Under the pieces are notes generated by a model. It ran no database searches. It saw only the letters and a program-made list of their open reading frames with translations, and had not been told where the DNA came from. The translations under genes and the position numbers were made by a program. Below are positions 1 through 8,573 of a stretch of 64,000 nucleotides of DNA, one piece after another (positions within the stretch are counted from its first letter, which is position 1; each line of letters begins with the position of its first letter). This DNA comes from Oscillospiraceae bacterium. GTDB lineage: Bacteria; Bacillota; Clostridia; Oscillospirales; Acutalibacteraceae. The stretch is taken from the NCBI GenBank assembly GCA_029012445.1, contig JAQXMC010000012.1, positions 4,293-68,292 on the forward strand, read 5' to 3'.

Positions 1-830
1 ACAAGGTGAATGCAGTCCGTCGGAAGCACTTTCTCACCTTGTACAAATATATAGCCGTCTTTTATAAAGCTGTCGGCGTCGGTCGTGTCGAGACTGAATG
101 TCTCGATTCCGCATCTGACGGGGCAGAGCTTCGTGTATTTTTCGATCAGCTCGTCGTCCTTATTAAGCAAAAATGTGTCGCCGCCGCGCATATTTTCATA
201 AACACGGACCTTTGATCTGTAATATGCGTCGAGACTGCCCATGAAATCGACATGGTCCGGCGTCAGATTCAAAATGACCGCCGCCTCAGGGCGGAAGCTG
301 TCGATATTGACAAGCTGGAAATTTGATATCTCAAGGGCAATGTAGTGCCCCGCCTCATTGAGAAGCCCGTTTTCCATAACGATCTCGCAAAGGGGAACGC
401 CGATATTGCCGCAAAGGTGAGCCTTCCCCGGGAAAGCCTCGTTGAGAATGTCATAAACCAGTGTCGTTGTGGTGGTCTTGCCGTTGGTTCCGGTCACGGC
501 GACATAATGCTGAGGCTTCGCGGCCTGATACGCAAGCTCTATTTCGGTTATGATCGGGATCTTTCTTTCTTCAAGCCTTTTGACGATGGGGCTGTTGAGC
601 GGTATGCCCGGATTTTTCACAGCAAGGTCATAATCGCCCTCAAAGACCTCCTCGGTCTGACCGACGACGGTAACGCCCATTTCAAGAAGCTCTCCTATCT
701 CGCCGAGCTCATCTCTGCTTTTCCTTTCAGAAAGGGTTATCCTTGCTCCTAACTCATGCAGGACCTTTATTGCCGCCATTCCGCTTCGGGCAAGACCGAT
801 AACGAGAACCTTCTTATCTTTAAACTCCAT
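1..830 (-). CDS. murD: UDP-N-acetylmuramoylalanine--D-glutamate ligase, N-terminal ~276 aa (3' end beyond window edge)
   Basis: Minus-strand translation from ATG at 830 reads MEFKDKKVLVIGLARSGMAAIKVLHELGA, and later VTGTNGKTTTT (Mur-ligase P-loop). It is open to the window edge, so it is absent from the ORF track. Confidence 0.85.
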   Translation of the reverse strand, partial: MEFKDKKVLVIGLARSGMAAIKVLHELGARITLSERKSRDELGEIGELLEMGVTVVGQTEEVFEGDYDLAVKNPGIPLNSPIVKRLEERKIPIITEIELAYQAAKPQHYVAVTGTNGKTTTTTLVYDILNEAFPGKAHLCGNIGVPLCEIVMENGLLNEAGHYIALEISNFQLVNIDSFRPEAAVILNLTPDHVDFMGSLDAYYRSKVRVYENMRGGDTFLLNKDDELIEKYTKLCPVRCGIETFSLDTTDADSFIKDGYIFVQGEKVLPTDCIHL

Positions 831-1066
831 ATATAAACGCCTCCGTGACGCGCGGTTAATTCAGCTTTTCTCATAGCTTTCGGTAATGCTAATTATATTC
901 CAAAAAGCGGTAATTGTCAATTATGACTTGCCGTTCCGATCAAAGCGGAGCCGGCGGCTTTATGCCAGAAAACGGCGTTTCCCGACTGAGCGAAAGACTG
1001 CGGGCAAAAAAATATCCGTGACTTTGCTCGTCGGGCTCGGTCACGGATCTAATGCTTCTGAAATAA

Positions 1067-1483
1067 TCAGTTTCTGTCAACAAGCTGCTGCAAAAGCTTT
1101 ATCGCTTCGGAAAGACCGAAGAACAGAACGGCGACTGCAACGCCGACAACAATGCTGATCGTCAGATAAACAAAGCCGATATCTGTGGCGATCTGATAGA
1201 ACACTATTCCGGCAACAACGCCGATGACAAGCATCGCAATGCCGAAAGCGAAAAGAATATTCGCCATGAGGTTCTTGTCGGTCTTTGCCACCGAGCTGTA
1301 TTCTTTCTCGGCCTCAAGAACCGCCTCGTATTCATCGTCGGTCAGGATAAGAGGGATATCGTTCTTATTCTTCTTCTTGCCGTCGAAGCCCCACCTTGCG
1401 AGATTTTCCTCTCTCTGCTTTTTGAGCGCCTTTTTCTTCTGAGCATTTATCTGGCCTATTTTTCTTTCAACAGGTTCTATCAT
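1067..1483 (-). CDS. hypothetical membrane protein (charged N-terminal half, two C-terminal TM helices)
   Basis: 138-aa ORF with a GGAG SD upstream. Hydrophobic segments are ILFAFGIAMLVIGVVAGIVF and VYLTISIVVGVAVAVLFF. No family recognised. Confidence 0.6.
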   Translation of the reverse strand: MIEPVERKIGQINAQKKKALKKQREENLARWGFDGKKKNKNDIPLILTDDEYEAVLEAEKEYSSVAKTDKNLMANILFAFGIAMLVIGVVAGIVFYQIATDIGFVYLTISIVVGVAVAVLFFGLSEAIKLLQQLVDRN

Positions 1484-1593
1484 TTATATCACTCCGTTTG
1501 TTTCAAAATAATTTGCGAATAACTGTAACTTAGCATATCATATTTCGGGCCAATAATCAAGAGCTGAAAAAGATTTTACATATCCGACTGCCG

Positions 1594-2457
1594 TCAGAAA
1601 GCCATCATGACCGTTCCCGCAGTCATAGCGACAAGACCAATCGCTTCTTTTTTGCTCAATTTTTCGCCGAAAGCAAAATATGAGAAGCCTATCGTCACGA
1701 GAAGGCTGAGCTTGTCTATCGGGGCGACAACGCTTGCGGGGCCGTCCTTCAGGGCGCGGTAATAGAACAGCCACGAAGCTCCCGTTGCGAGTCCCGAAAG
1801 GCAGATGAAAAGAAGTTCCCTCTTGTCTGTACGCTCCGGCTTTTTTGCTCCGCCCGTCACGAGAACGACGAGCCACGCCATTATCAGCACCACGCCTGTT
1901 CTTATAGCGGTCGCGAGGTTTGAGTCAACGCCGGAAAGGCCTATCTTTGACAGGATAGATGTCAGGCTCGCGAATATAGCCGACAGCGCGGCGTATATAA
2001 ACCATGAACGGCTCTTGGCGGCGGCGCCGTTGTCGGTTTTCTTTCGTTTTATCATAAGATATGTACCGACAGCGATGAGAACGACTCCGACAAGCTTCGG
2101 TATGCTGACTGTTTCATGCAGAAAGATAAACGCGAAAATGATGGTCAGAACTCCGCTTGATTTGTCAACGGGAACGACCTTGTTGACATCGCCGAGCTGC
2201 AGCGCTCTGAAATAGCAAAGCCATGAAGCGCCCGTTGCAAAGCCGGATAGAATAAGAAATATCCACGACCGGCTGCTTATTGAGCCGATTCCGGACTGCG
2301 CTCCGGTGATGAACACCATAAGCCACGAAAACAGCAGAACGACTATCGTTCTTATTGCGGTTGAAAGATTTGAGTCTGTCTTTCTTATTCCGCATTTGGC
2401 GAGAATTGAAGTCAGTCCCGCAAAAACAGCCGAAAGAACGGCAAATAAAATCCACAT
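1594..2457 (-). CDS. EamA/DMT-superfamily transporter (two EamA repeats)
   Basis: Ten-TM-like hydrophobic profile with an internally duplicated pattern (LTSILAKCG.. / LTSILSKIG.., GASWLCYFRAL / GASWLFYYRAL). I prefer the ATG at 2457, which has a GAGG SD 6 nt upstream, over the track start at 2466. Confidence 0.8.
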   Translation of the reverse strand: MWILFAVLSAVFAGLTSILAKCGIRKTDSNLSTAIRTIVVLLFSWLMVFITGAQSGIGSISSRSWIFLILSGFATGASWLCYFRALQLGDVNKVVPVDKSSGVLTIIFAFIFLHETVSIPKLVGVVLIAVGTYLMIKRKKTDNGAAAKSRSWFIYAALSAIFASLTSILSKIGLSGVDSNLATAIRTGVVLIMAWLVVLVTGGAKKPERTDKRELLFICLSGLATGASWLFYYRALKDGPASVVAPIDKLSLLVTIGFSYFAFGEKLSKKEAIGLVAMTAGTVMMAF

Positions 2458-2773
2458 ACGCCCCACCTCAAACAGGTTTTATCCGGAAAATTATAGCACT
2501 TTTGCGAAAAAAGTGCAACAGCTTTCGCGAATATGGGGCCGCTTTATATCCTGCGCCGTTTTTGGCTCAGGGCGCAGTTTCGCTCATCTTGCGGCTATCA
2601 GCACGGTTTAGCGGACCTTTCAAGAGCCGGAAGGTTCTCTCCCGACAGCCCGAAGTGTTTGTCCTCCCTCCGGCGCTATAAACATTAAGTTATCAACAGG
2701 TCAAAAGTTTTCTGAATATAAAATAAAAACGCCCGAGGCGCCGTTGATATTCCGGTGCGCCTGAGCGTATTTT

Positions 2774-3128
2774 TGGTGGAGCCGGCGGTAATCGAAACCG
2801 CGTCCGAAAACCTCTCCACGCGACCTTCTACGAGTGTAGTTTATCCTTTGGGATTCCCCTCACGCATCATCGATAAACAGATTATGCGCTTCGGTATTCT
2901 CTTGTTCATGGCGGAAGCCGAGAAACTCCTCCGCTCACGTTCACTGCTGATCGACGCTTCTTGCCGGACCGCAGTTCTTCCGGCAGAAACGGGCGCTTAA
3001 ATTAAGCAGCCTTTAAAACTGTTTTGTTGTTGTCATTTAATATTTAAATGTGCGGCTTTTTGAAGCGGATACCGCCCCGCTACTCGCTTATCGCGCCTCA
3101 AGATCCCCGTCGAAATCCTTTCGGCCCC
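2774..3128 (-). ncRNA. ssrA: tmRNA (SsrA)
   Basis: The minus-strand 5' end is GGGGCCGAAAGGATTTCGACGGGG. The 3' end is GGTTTCGATTACCGCCGGCTCCACCA, a tRNA-Ala-like acceptor/T-arm with CCA. An internal tag frame ends ..GTT TTA AAG GCT GCT TAA. It lies next to smpB. Confidence 0.9.
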
Positions 3129-3217
3129 ATATTTATTTCGGTTTATCTTCGCTGATCGGGACTGCGGCGGCTTTTGCGGCCGGCAGACAGTCCGCGCGTA
3201 ACGAAAATCAGATAATT

Positions 3218-3682
3218 TCAGCGCCTTTCCTTTATGCTTCGCTCCATGCTGCGCTTTGCGTCTCTCTGAGCGGCAGTCTCGCGCTTGTCATAGTTTTTCT
3301 TGCCTTTGCAAAGGCCTATTTCGAGCTTTGCCCTGCCCTTGAGAAAATAGACCGTCAGCGGAACAATAGTCAGCCCCTCTCGGCGCACCTTGTCGAAAAG
3401 CCGGCGGATCTCTCTTTTGTGCATCAGAAGCCTTTTCTTGCGCAGCGGATCTCTGTTGAATATATTGCCCTGCTCATATGGACTGATATGCATTCCGCAG
3501 GCAAATATTTCTCCCTTTTCTATCTGGCACCATGAATCCTTGAGATTCACCCTGCCCCGGCGGATGCTTTTGACCTCCGTTCCGAAAAGCTCGATGCCGG
3601 CTTCATATTTTTCAAGCACAAAGTAGTCGTGCGCGGCTTTTTTGTTCTGCGCTATGATTTTGATATCGTCTGTGTTTTCCAT
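3218..3682 (-). CDS. smpB: SsrA-binding protein SmpB
   Basis: 154 aa containing IAQNKKAAHDYFVLEKYEAGIELFGTEVKS and a basic C-terminal tail, adjacent to the tmRNA. Confidence 0.95.
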   Translation of the reverse strand: MENTDDIKIIAQNKKAAHDYFVLEKYEAGIELFGTEVKSIRRGRVNLKDSWCQIEKGEIFACGMHISPYEQGNIFNRDPLRKKRLLMHKREIRRLFDKVRREGLTIVPLTVYFLKGRAKLEIGLCKGKKNYDKRETAAQRDAKRSMERSIKERR

Positions 3683-3711
3683 AATCGTTCACCGTTTAAC
3701 GGCGCAGCCGT

Positions 3712-4314
3712 TTATATTTCCCGTCGGCCCTCAAGAGCCTTTGTCAGCGTCACCTCGTCGGCGTATTCGAGATCGGCGCCGACCGGCACTCCGTAAGCCA
3801 GACGGCTGACATTTATGCCCATGGGCTTTATATATCTTGAGATCAGCATCGCCGTCGCTTCGCCCTCGACTGTCGGATTTGTCGCCATTATGACCTCCCT
3901 GATACTGTCGTCGCTCAGCCTTGATATCAGCTCCTTGAAGGTTATATCCTCGGGGCCGACGCCGTTCATCGGCGAGATAACGCCGTGAAGAACATGATAA
4001 AGTCCGTTGTATTCATGGGTGCGTTCAAAGGCTATCACATCTCTCGGATCCTCGACGACGCATATCGTGCTTCTGTCGCGCTCCGCAGACGAGCATATCG
4101 AGCAGACCTCGCCCTCCGTCAGATTGCAGCAGACCGAGCAGCGATGCACCCTCTCTCTTGCCGTCACTATCGCGTCGGCAAAGCTTTCCGCTTCCTCTTT
4201 GCTGAGGTTGAGTATATAAAAAGCCATTCGCTGAGCGCTTTTGTGGCCGACTCCGGGCATACGCTCGAACTGCTCGACAAGTCTCGCGAGCGCCGCTACA
4301 TTATACCCGGCCAT
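3712..4314 (-). CDS. recR: recombination protein RecR
   Basis: 200 aa with the LPGVG-like HhH (MPGVGHKSAQRMAF), a C4 zinc finger (CSVCCNLTEGEVCSIC) and a Toprim region. It sits in the dnaX-ybaB-recR order. Confidence 0.95.
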   Translation of the reverse strand: MAGYNVAALARLVEQFERMPGVGHKSAQRMAFYILNLSKEEAESFADAIVTARERVHRCSVCCNLTEGEVCSICSSAERDRSTICVVEDPRDVIAFERTHEYNGLYHVLHGVISPMNGVGPEDITFKELISRLSDDSIREVIMATNPTVEGEATAMLISRYIKPMGINVSRLAYGVPVGADLEYADEVTLTKALEGRREI

Positions 4315-4315
4315 A

Positions 4316-4657
4316 TCAGAACAGACCCGGAATATTCAGACCGGCCAGTCCGCCCTGAGCGGCTTCCATTTTGCTGCTCATTGCGTCTTCGGCCTTTTTG
4401 GTCGCCTCGTTAACGGCGGCAATGATAAGATCGCTGAGCATTTCAACATCTTCGGGATCAACAACATCGGGCTTGATATTCAGCGCCTTGAGCTCGTGAG
4501 CGCCGGTGACAACGGCTTCAACCGCTCCGCCGCCTGCGCTGGCTGTGAATTCGGTCGCTTCGACCTCCTCCTGAGCCGACTGCATATTGGCCTGCATTTC
4601 CTGGATTTTTTTCATCATATCGTTGCGGTTGGGCTGGTTTGGGATCCTTGCTTTCAT
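4316..4657 (-). CDS. ybaB: YbaB/EbfC nucleoid-associated DNA-binding protein
   Basis: 113 aa containing MMKKIQEMQANMQSAQEE...GGGAVEAVVTG, positioned between dnaX and recR. Confidence 0.9.
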   Translation of the reverse strand: MKARIPNQPNRNDMMKKIQEMQANMQSAQEEVEATEFTASAGGGAVEAVVTGAHELKALNIKPDVVDPEDVEMLSDLIIAAVNEATKKAEDAMSSKMEAAQGGLAGLNIPGLF

Positions 4658-4686
4658 TTTGGTTATCTCCTTATATATTTATACTT

Positions 4687-6336
4687 TTATTCATCATTAA
4701 AGGTGACCTTTATCTCCGATGACCGCATTTTTTCGATCAGATTGTCAAGCGGATCGTTTTCTTTTGCGGCCGTCTGCCCGCTGTCGGCTCTTTTATATAT
4801 TCCGAGCCTTTTTTTCTCGCCCGTCACCGCATAGACCGCTCTTTTGACATCGGCGGCGTTTGAGCCCTGTCTTATCAGCGAGCCGAAGGTCGGATAGCGG
4901 CAGTCAACGAGAACAAAGTCGCCGTGAATATAGGCCTCCGAATTGTCGAGCACGCCCCAAAGCGGAAGATTGGTCTTTTTGATCTCCTGAACGACCTCGG
5001 GCCACTGCCTGAACGACTCGTCTGCGTCGGCGGCGGGGGCTTCGACCTTTTGCTCCGCGCAGCGGGCTTCATCGTTCGTCTTTTCCGCTTCCGTCTTTTC
5101 CGCTTCCGCCTTTTCGGCCGGGAGCTTTGCTTCTTCTTTCGGCTTTTCCTCTTTTTCGGTATGCGTCACGGTGTGCGCTTGCGGCAGACTTGCGTTTCTG
5201 ACGATATCCTCAAGAGCGGCTACCCTTTCCGCAAGGGAGGCCGTGTTCTGCTTAAGTTCCGGAGATGAAAGCTTTATGACGGCCATCTCCATTTCTATTC
5301 TCTTGTTGACGCCTCGTTTCATATTCGTCAGCGCCTCCTGAAGAAGGTCGACGCACCTGAGAATGTTTTCAAGGCTGTATTCCTCGCTCTGGGCTTTCGT
5401 CTGCTCATATTCTTCCTTGGTGCAGACGAGTATCTCCTCGGCGCGCCTGACGGTTTTGACGACCATCAGCGAGCGGTAATGGTTGATAAGCTCGCTGCAA
5501 AGCCTTTCCATATCGCAGGAAGAGGAGTGCAGCTCGTCAAGTATCTCCATAGCGCCGGCGCAGTCGTTTCGGCAAAGCGCATGAGCGAGTCTGAACAGAT
5601 AGTCCTTGCTTGTCAGACCGGCGACGGAGCTGACAAGCTGTGCAGTGACATGCATATCTCTGCCCATGCACTGATCGAGAAGCGAAAGCGCGTCGCGCAT
5701 ACCGCCGTCAGATATTCTTGATATCAGCATTGCGGCGTCGCGGTCGAGCGTGATGCCCTCCTTGTCTGAAATATAGTTCATTCTTGCGATCATATCCTCG
5801 CTCGGGATACGGCGGAAATCAAATCTCTGACAGCGGGACAGTATCGTCGCAGGGAGTTTGTGTACCTCTGTCGTGGCAAGGATAAATTTAACATGCTCCG
5901 GCGGCTCCTCAAGAGTTTTGAGAAGAGCGTTGAAGGCTCCCGCGGAAAGCATATGCACTTCGTCTATGATATAGACTCTGTATTTGCACTTGGCGGGTGT
6001 GAAGTTTGCCTCCTGCCTGATGTCGCGGATATTGTCAACACCATTGTTGCTGGCGGCGTCTATCTCGATAACATCCATCACGGCGCCACTGTCGATCCCC
6101 CGGCATATTTCACATTCGTTGCACGGATCGCCGTTCACCGGGTGAAGACAGTTGACCGCCTTCGCGAGAATTTTGGCACAGGTGGTCTTGCCCGTTCCGC
6201 GCGAGCCCGTGAAAAGATAGGCGTGGGAATGTCTGCCGGTCCCGATCTCGTTTTTGAGCGTCGAGGTGATATGCGGCTGCCCGACCACATCGGAAAAAAC
6301 TCTGGGCCGCCATTTTCTGTATAGTACCTGATACAT
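4687..6336 (-). CDS. dnaX: DNA polymerase III subunit gamma/tau
   Basis: Contains MYQVLYRKWRP, Walker A GSRGTGKTT, a zinc module CNECEIC, DEVHML, and a low-complexity EK-rich linker. I prefer the ATG at 6336 (AGAGG SD 8 nt upstream) over the GTG at 6345. Confidence 0.95.
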   Translation of the reverse strand: MYQVLYRKWRPRVFSDVVGQPHITSTLKNEIGTGRHSHAYLFTGSRGTGKTTCAKILAKAVNCLHPVNGDPCNECEICRGIDSGAVMDVIEIDAASNNGVDNIRDIRQEANFTPAKCKYRVYIIDEVHMLSAGAFNALLKTLEEPPEHVKFILATTEVHKLPATILSRCQRFDFRRIPSEDMIARMNYISDKEGITLDRDAAMLISRISDGGMRDALSLLDQCMGRDMHVTAQLVSSVAGLTSKDYLFRLAHALCRNDCAGAMEILDELHSSSCDMERLCSELINHYRSLMVVKTVRRAEEILVCTKEEYEQTKAQSEEYSLENILRCVDLLQEALTNMKRGVNKRIEMEMAVIKLSSPELKQNTASLAERVAALEDIVRNASLPQAHTVTHTEKEEKPKEEAKLPAEKAEAEKTEAEKTNDEARCAEQKVEAPAADADESFRQWPEVVQEIKKTNLPLWGVLDNSEAYIHGDFVLVDCRYPTFGSLIRQGSNAADVKRAVYAVTGEKKRLGIYKRADSGQTAAKENDPLDNLIEKMRSSEIKVTFNDE

Positions 6337-6369
6337 TCCGGACACCTCTCTTTAACAAAATCGCAGCAA

Positions 6370-6526
6370 GACACATTAGCTTGGTCATGTTCCGTGCAGG
6401 CGGACTGTGGCGCACGGTCGTGTCGCTTAATGCTGCTCGGTTCCCCGCCTGACATGGTTCACGAAGTCCCGTCGCACAGGACCCGCACGGCACATGACCA
6501 AAATAACATATCTCACTGCCTTAGCT
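6370..6526 (-). ncRNA. ffs: signal recognition particle RNA (small 4.5S-like form; ends approximate)
   Basis: The minus strand carries the domain IV motif CATGTCAGGCGGGGAACCGAGCAGC inside a long hairpin closed by TTGGTCATGTGCCGTGC / GCACGGAACATGACCAA. It is directly upstream of dnaX, as in Bacillus scr-dnaX. Confidence 0.75.
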
Positions 6527-6531
6527 AAGTT

Positions 6532-6560
6532 ATTATAATACACGCAGAGTAAAAAATCAA
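6532..6560 (-). promoter_or_regulatory. sigma-A type promoter for ffs(-dnaX): TTGATT-17-TATAAT
   Basis: Read on the minus strand. The -10 hexamer lies about 6 nt upstream of the predicted SRP RNA 5' helix. Confidence 0.6.
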
Positions 6561-6676
6561 CCGTTTATTTATAAAATATTTTTCCATATTGCAAAACCGG
6601 AATTATTTATGAAATATTTTCCTTTTTCCGCGCTATAAAAGCTCCTTCAAAGGCGCCGAAGACCGAAAACGGGCGC

Positions 6677-6709
6677 AAAAAAGCAGCCGACGAAAAGGCG
6701 GCTGCTTTT
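6677..6709 (-). terminator. intrinsic terminator downstream of sORF-1
   Basis: GCAGCCG/CGGCTGC stem followed by a T-run on the minus strand. Confidence 0.7.
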
Positions 6710-6720
6710 CATAGGTTAAA

Positions 6721-6825
6721 TTATTTTGCTAATTCAAGAACCTTTTCCTTGACCATCTTGTAGAGCTTGTCGAAGAGCTCAACGATCTTAGCCCAGTTCT
6801 CCTGTACTAACTTTAAGAAATCCAT
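6721..6825 (-). CDS. sORF-1: 34-aa amphipathic-helix peptide MDFLKLVQENWAKIVELFDKLYKMVKEKVLELAK
   Basis: AAGGAGGG SD 7 nt upstream of the ATG, with its own promoter and terminator. It is below the ORF-track length cut-off. Confidence 0.6.
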   Translation of the reverse strand: MDFLKLVQENWAKIVELFDKLYKMVKEKVLELAK

Positions 6826-6904
6826 TATATTACCCTCCTTATTACTCAAGATTTTTATGGCCCGAAAGAGCCGATTGGTTAAAACATTCGTTTCATCCAT
6901 AACA

Positions 6905-6933
6905 ATTCTACAACAAAATTAAAAACTTGTCAA
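6905..6933 (-). promoter_or_regulatory. promoter of sORF-1: TTGACA-17-TAGAAT
   Basis: Consensus -35 hexamer, 17-nt spacer and a near-consensus -10 on the minus strand. Confidence 0.6.
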
Positions 6934-7140
6934 CATTTAGTTTGAATTTTTCTTCAATATTATTGAGATTTTTCAGCCAAAACGGCATATATTGAGCCTG
7001 TTGCCGGCCTGAAAAAATTTTTGCCGAAACTATCTTCATAAAGTGAAATATGTTTTCAGACATTTGTTGATGTTTTGTCCGTTCGGTGCGGCGGACCGAA
7101 AATTGCAAAAAATAGGCTCACCTTGTTTCAAGGAGAGCCC

Positions 7141-7390
7141 AGACTGTCGATAAAGGCGTCCGAACGCATATAAGCAAAAAAAAAGCAAAAGAAAATGTCT
7201 GATTCTTTAAAACACAAACCGCAAACAGTTTCGGCTACATGGGGTATATACCATGTAGCCGAAAGCTTATATGCTTGGCGTTTTTTCGGTCTCGGAGTAC
7301 CTTTGTACGCCTGTCGACCGAAGAAAATGCCATCGGTCATCCTTTATCGGCAGTCTCACAGCTTGTCGAAAATTGCTTTTTCGACAAGCT
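7141..7390. repeat. modular MITE-like intergenic repeat, copy 1 (modules A+B+C, 250 bp)
   Basis: Shares long near-identical blocks with 17899-17973, 23885-24010, 31851-32002 (inverted) and 38472-38537. It is flanked by two copies of one hairpin (7115-7140 and 7391-7417). Confidence 0.85.
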
Positions 7391-7430
7391 GGGCTCCCCT
7401 TGTTTCAAGGGGAGCCCGATGTTTTTGTTA

Positions 7431-7682
7431 TCAGTCGCTTACATAGGGAAGAAGCGCTACCTGACGGGCGCGCTTGATAGCTACTGTGAGCTCTCTCTGA
7501 TGACGCGCGCAGGTGCCGGTCACACGGCGGGGAAGGATCTTCGCTCTGTCGGAAGTGAACTTTCTGAGCTTAGCGATATCCTTGTAGTCGATCTCCTCAA
7601 CCTTGTCAACGCAGAAAGCGCAAACCTTTTTGCGGGGCTTTCTGGCCGGACGGCTGGGTCTTTCGCTCTTTTCATATGCCAT
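7431..7682 (-). CDS. rpsR: 30S ribosomal protein S18
   Basis: 83 aa containing [18 protein letters not shown]...[16 protein letters not shown]. Confidence 0.97.
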   Translation of the reverse strand: MAYEKSERPSRPARKPRKKVCAFCVDKVEEIDYKDIAKLRKFTSDRAKILPRRVTGTCARHQRELTVAIKRARQVALLPYVSD

Positions 7683-7728
7683 TGGAATTAACCTCCTTGT
7701 AAATTTAGTTGCTTTTGCGCCCGATTTT

Positions 7729-8157
7729 TCAGAACGGCAGATCTTCGTCGTCTGTTATTTCTTCAAAATCCGACGCGCTTGCGGTCTTGAGTGCGGGAGC
7801 AGCCTGTTCCTCGCGGAACGACGCACTGCCCGACTCTGCCTTTGAGCCGCAGAAGCTGACTCTGTCGGCAACGACCTCATAGGCGGTTCTCTTGTTGCCG
7901 TTCTTATCCTCATAATTGCGGGTCTGCAAAGAACCTGTGAGGGCTATCATCTGGCCCTTTTTGAAATAGCGGCAAACAAACTCGGCGCTCTGTCTCCAGG
8001 CGACGATATTGATAAAGTCGGTCTGTCTTTCTTCGCCGTTTCTGACATAAGGTCTGTCAACAGCGATTGTGAAAGTTGTCACGCTGAGTCCGCCGGTTGT
8101 GGTTTTAAGCTCGGGGTCGGCTGTCAGTCTGCCCATTAAAGTGACGCAGTTAATCAT
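7729..8157 (-). CDS. ssb: single-stranded DNA-binding protein
   Basis: OB-fold N-terminus [18 protein letters not shown] and an acidic tip DDEDLPF, located between rpsF and rpsR. Confidence 0.95.
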   Translation of the reverse strand: MINCVTLMGRLTADPELKTTTGGLSVTTFTIAVDRPYVRNGEERQTDFINIVAWRQSAEFVCRYFKKGQMIALTGSLQTRNYEDKNGNKRTAYEVVADRVSFCGSKAESGSASFREEQAAPALKTASASDFEEITDDEDLPF

Positions 8158-8170
8158 TTTAATGACCTCC

Positions 8171-8452
8171 TCAAGCCTTCTTGACTGTCAGCATTCTCAG
8201 AACGCCTTCTGTGATGTTGGCGACACGCTCAAACTCAAGCGGGAAGCTGGGATCGGCGGTGTAGTCGATAACGAAGTAATATCCTTCCGACTGATAGTCG
8301 ATATCATAAGCAAGTCTGCGCTTGCCCCATTCATCGACATTTGTCACCGTGCCGTTAGCTTCAACAAGAGCCTTGAACTTCTCAACTAATGCCTGAGTCT
8401 TTTCCTCACCTTCAGCAACAGTGAATACAAGCATGGTCTCGTAGTTGTTCAT
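8171..8452 (-). CDS. rpsF: 30S ribosomal protein S6
   Basis: 93 aa containing MNNYETMLVF...WGKRRLAYDI. Confidence 0.95.
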   Translation of the reverse strand: MNNYETMLVFTVAEGEEKTQALVEKFKALVEANGTVTNVDEWGKRRLAYDIDYQSEGYYFVIDYTADPSFPLEFERVANITEGVLRMLTVKKA

Positions 8453-8535
8453 GTTTTAAGCACCTCCTTCTGGACTTATGGCTCCGCAGCTTAAAGCGGA
8501 GCAAGGTGTCGCATGGATAATTTGCGACGGTGAAT

Positions 8536-8564
8536 ATTATACAGATATAAATTGAGCTTGTCAA
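8536..8564 (-). promoter_or_regulatory. promoter of rpsF-ssb-rpsR: TTGACA-17-TATAAT
   Basis: Perfect consensus hexamers on the minus strand. An ~80-nt structured leader follows before the rpsF SD, in the position of the known S6:S18-binding rpsF leader. Confidence 0.75.
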
Positions 8565-8573
8565 GACAAAAGC

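Noticed and set aside
7128-7691. Track ORFs 7128-7340(-), 7195-7446(+), 7239-7691(+), 7271-7477(+)
   Set aside because: They lie within the MITE-like repeat or antisense to rpsR. Equivalent frames are not preserved in the other repeat copies, so they are non-coding.
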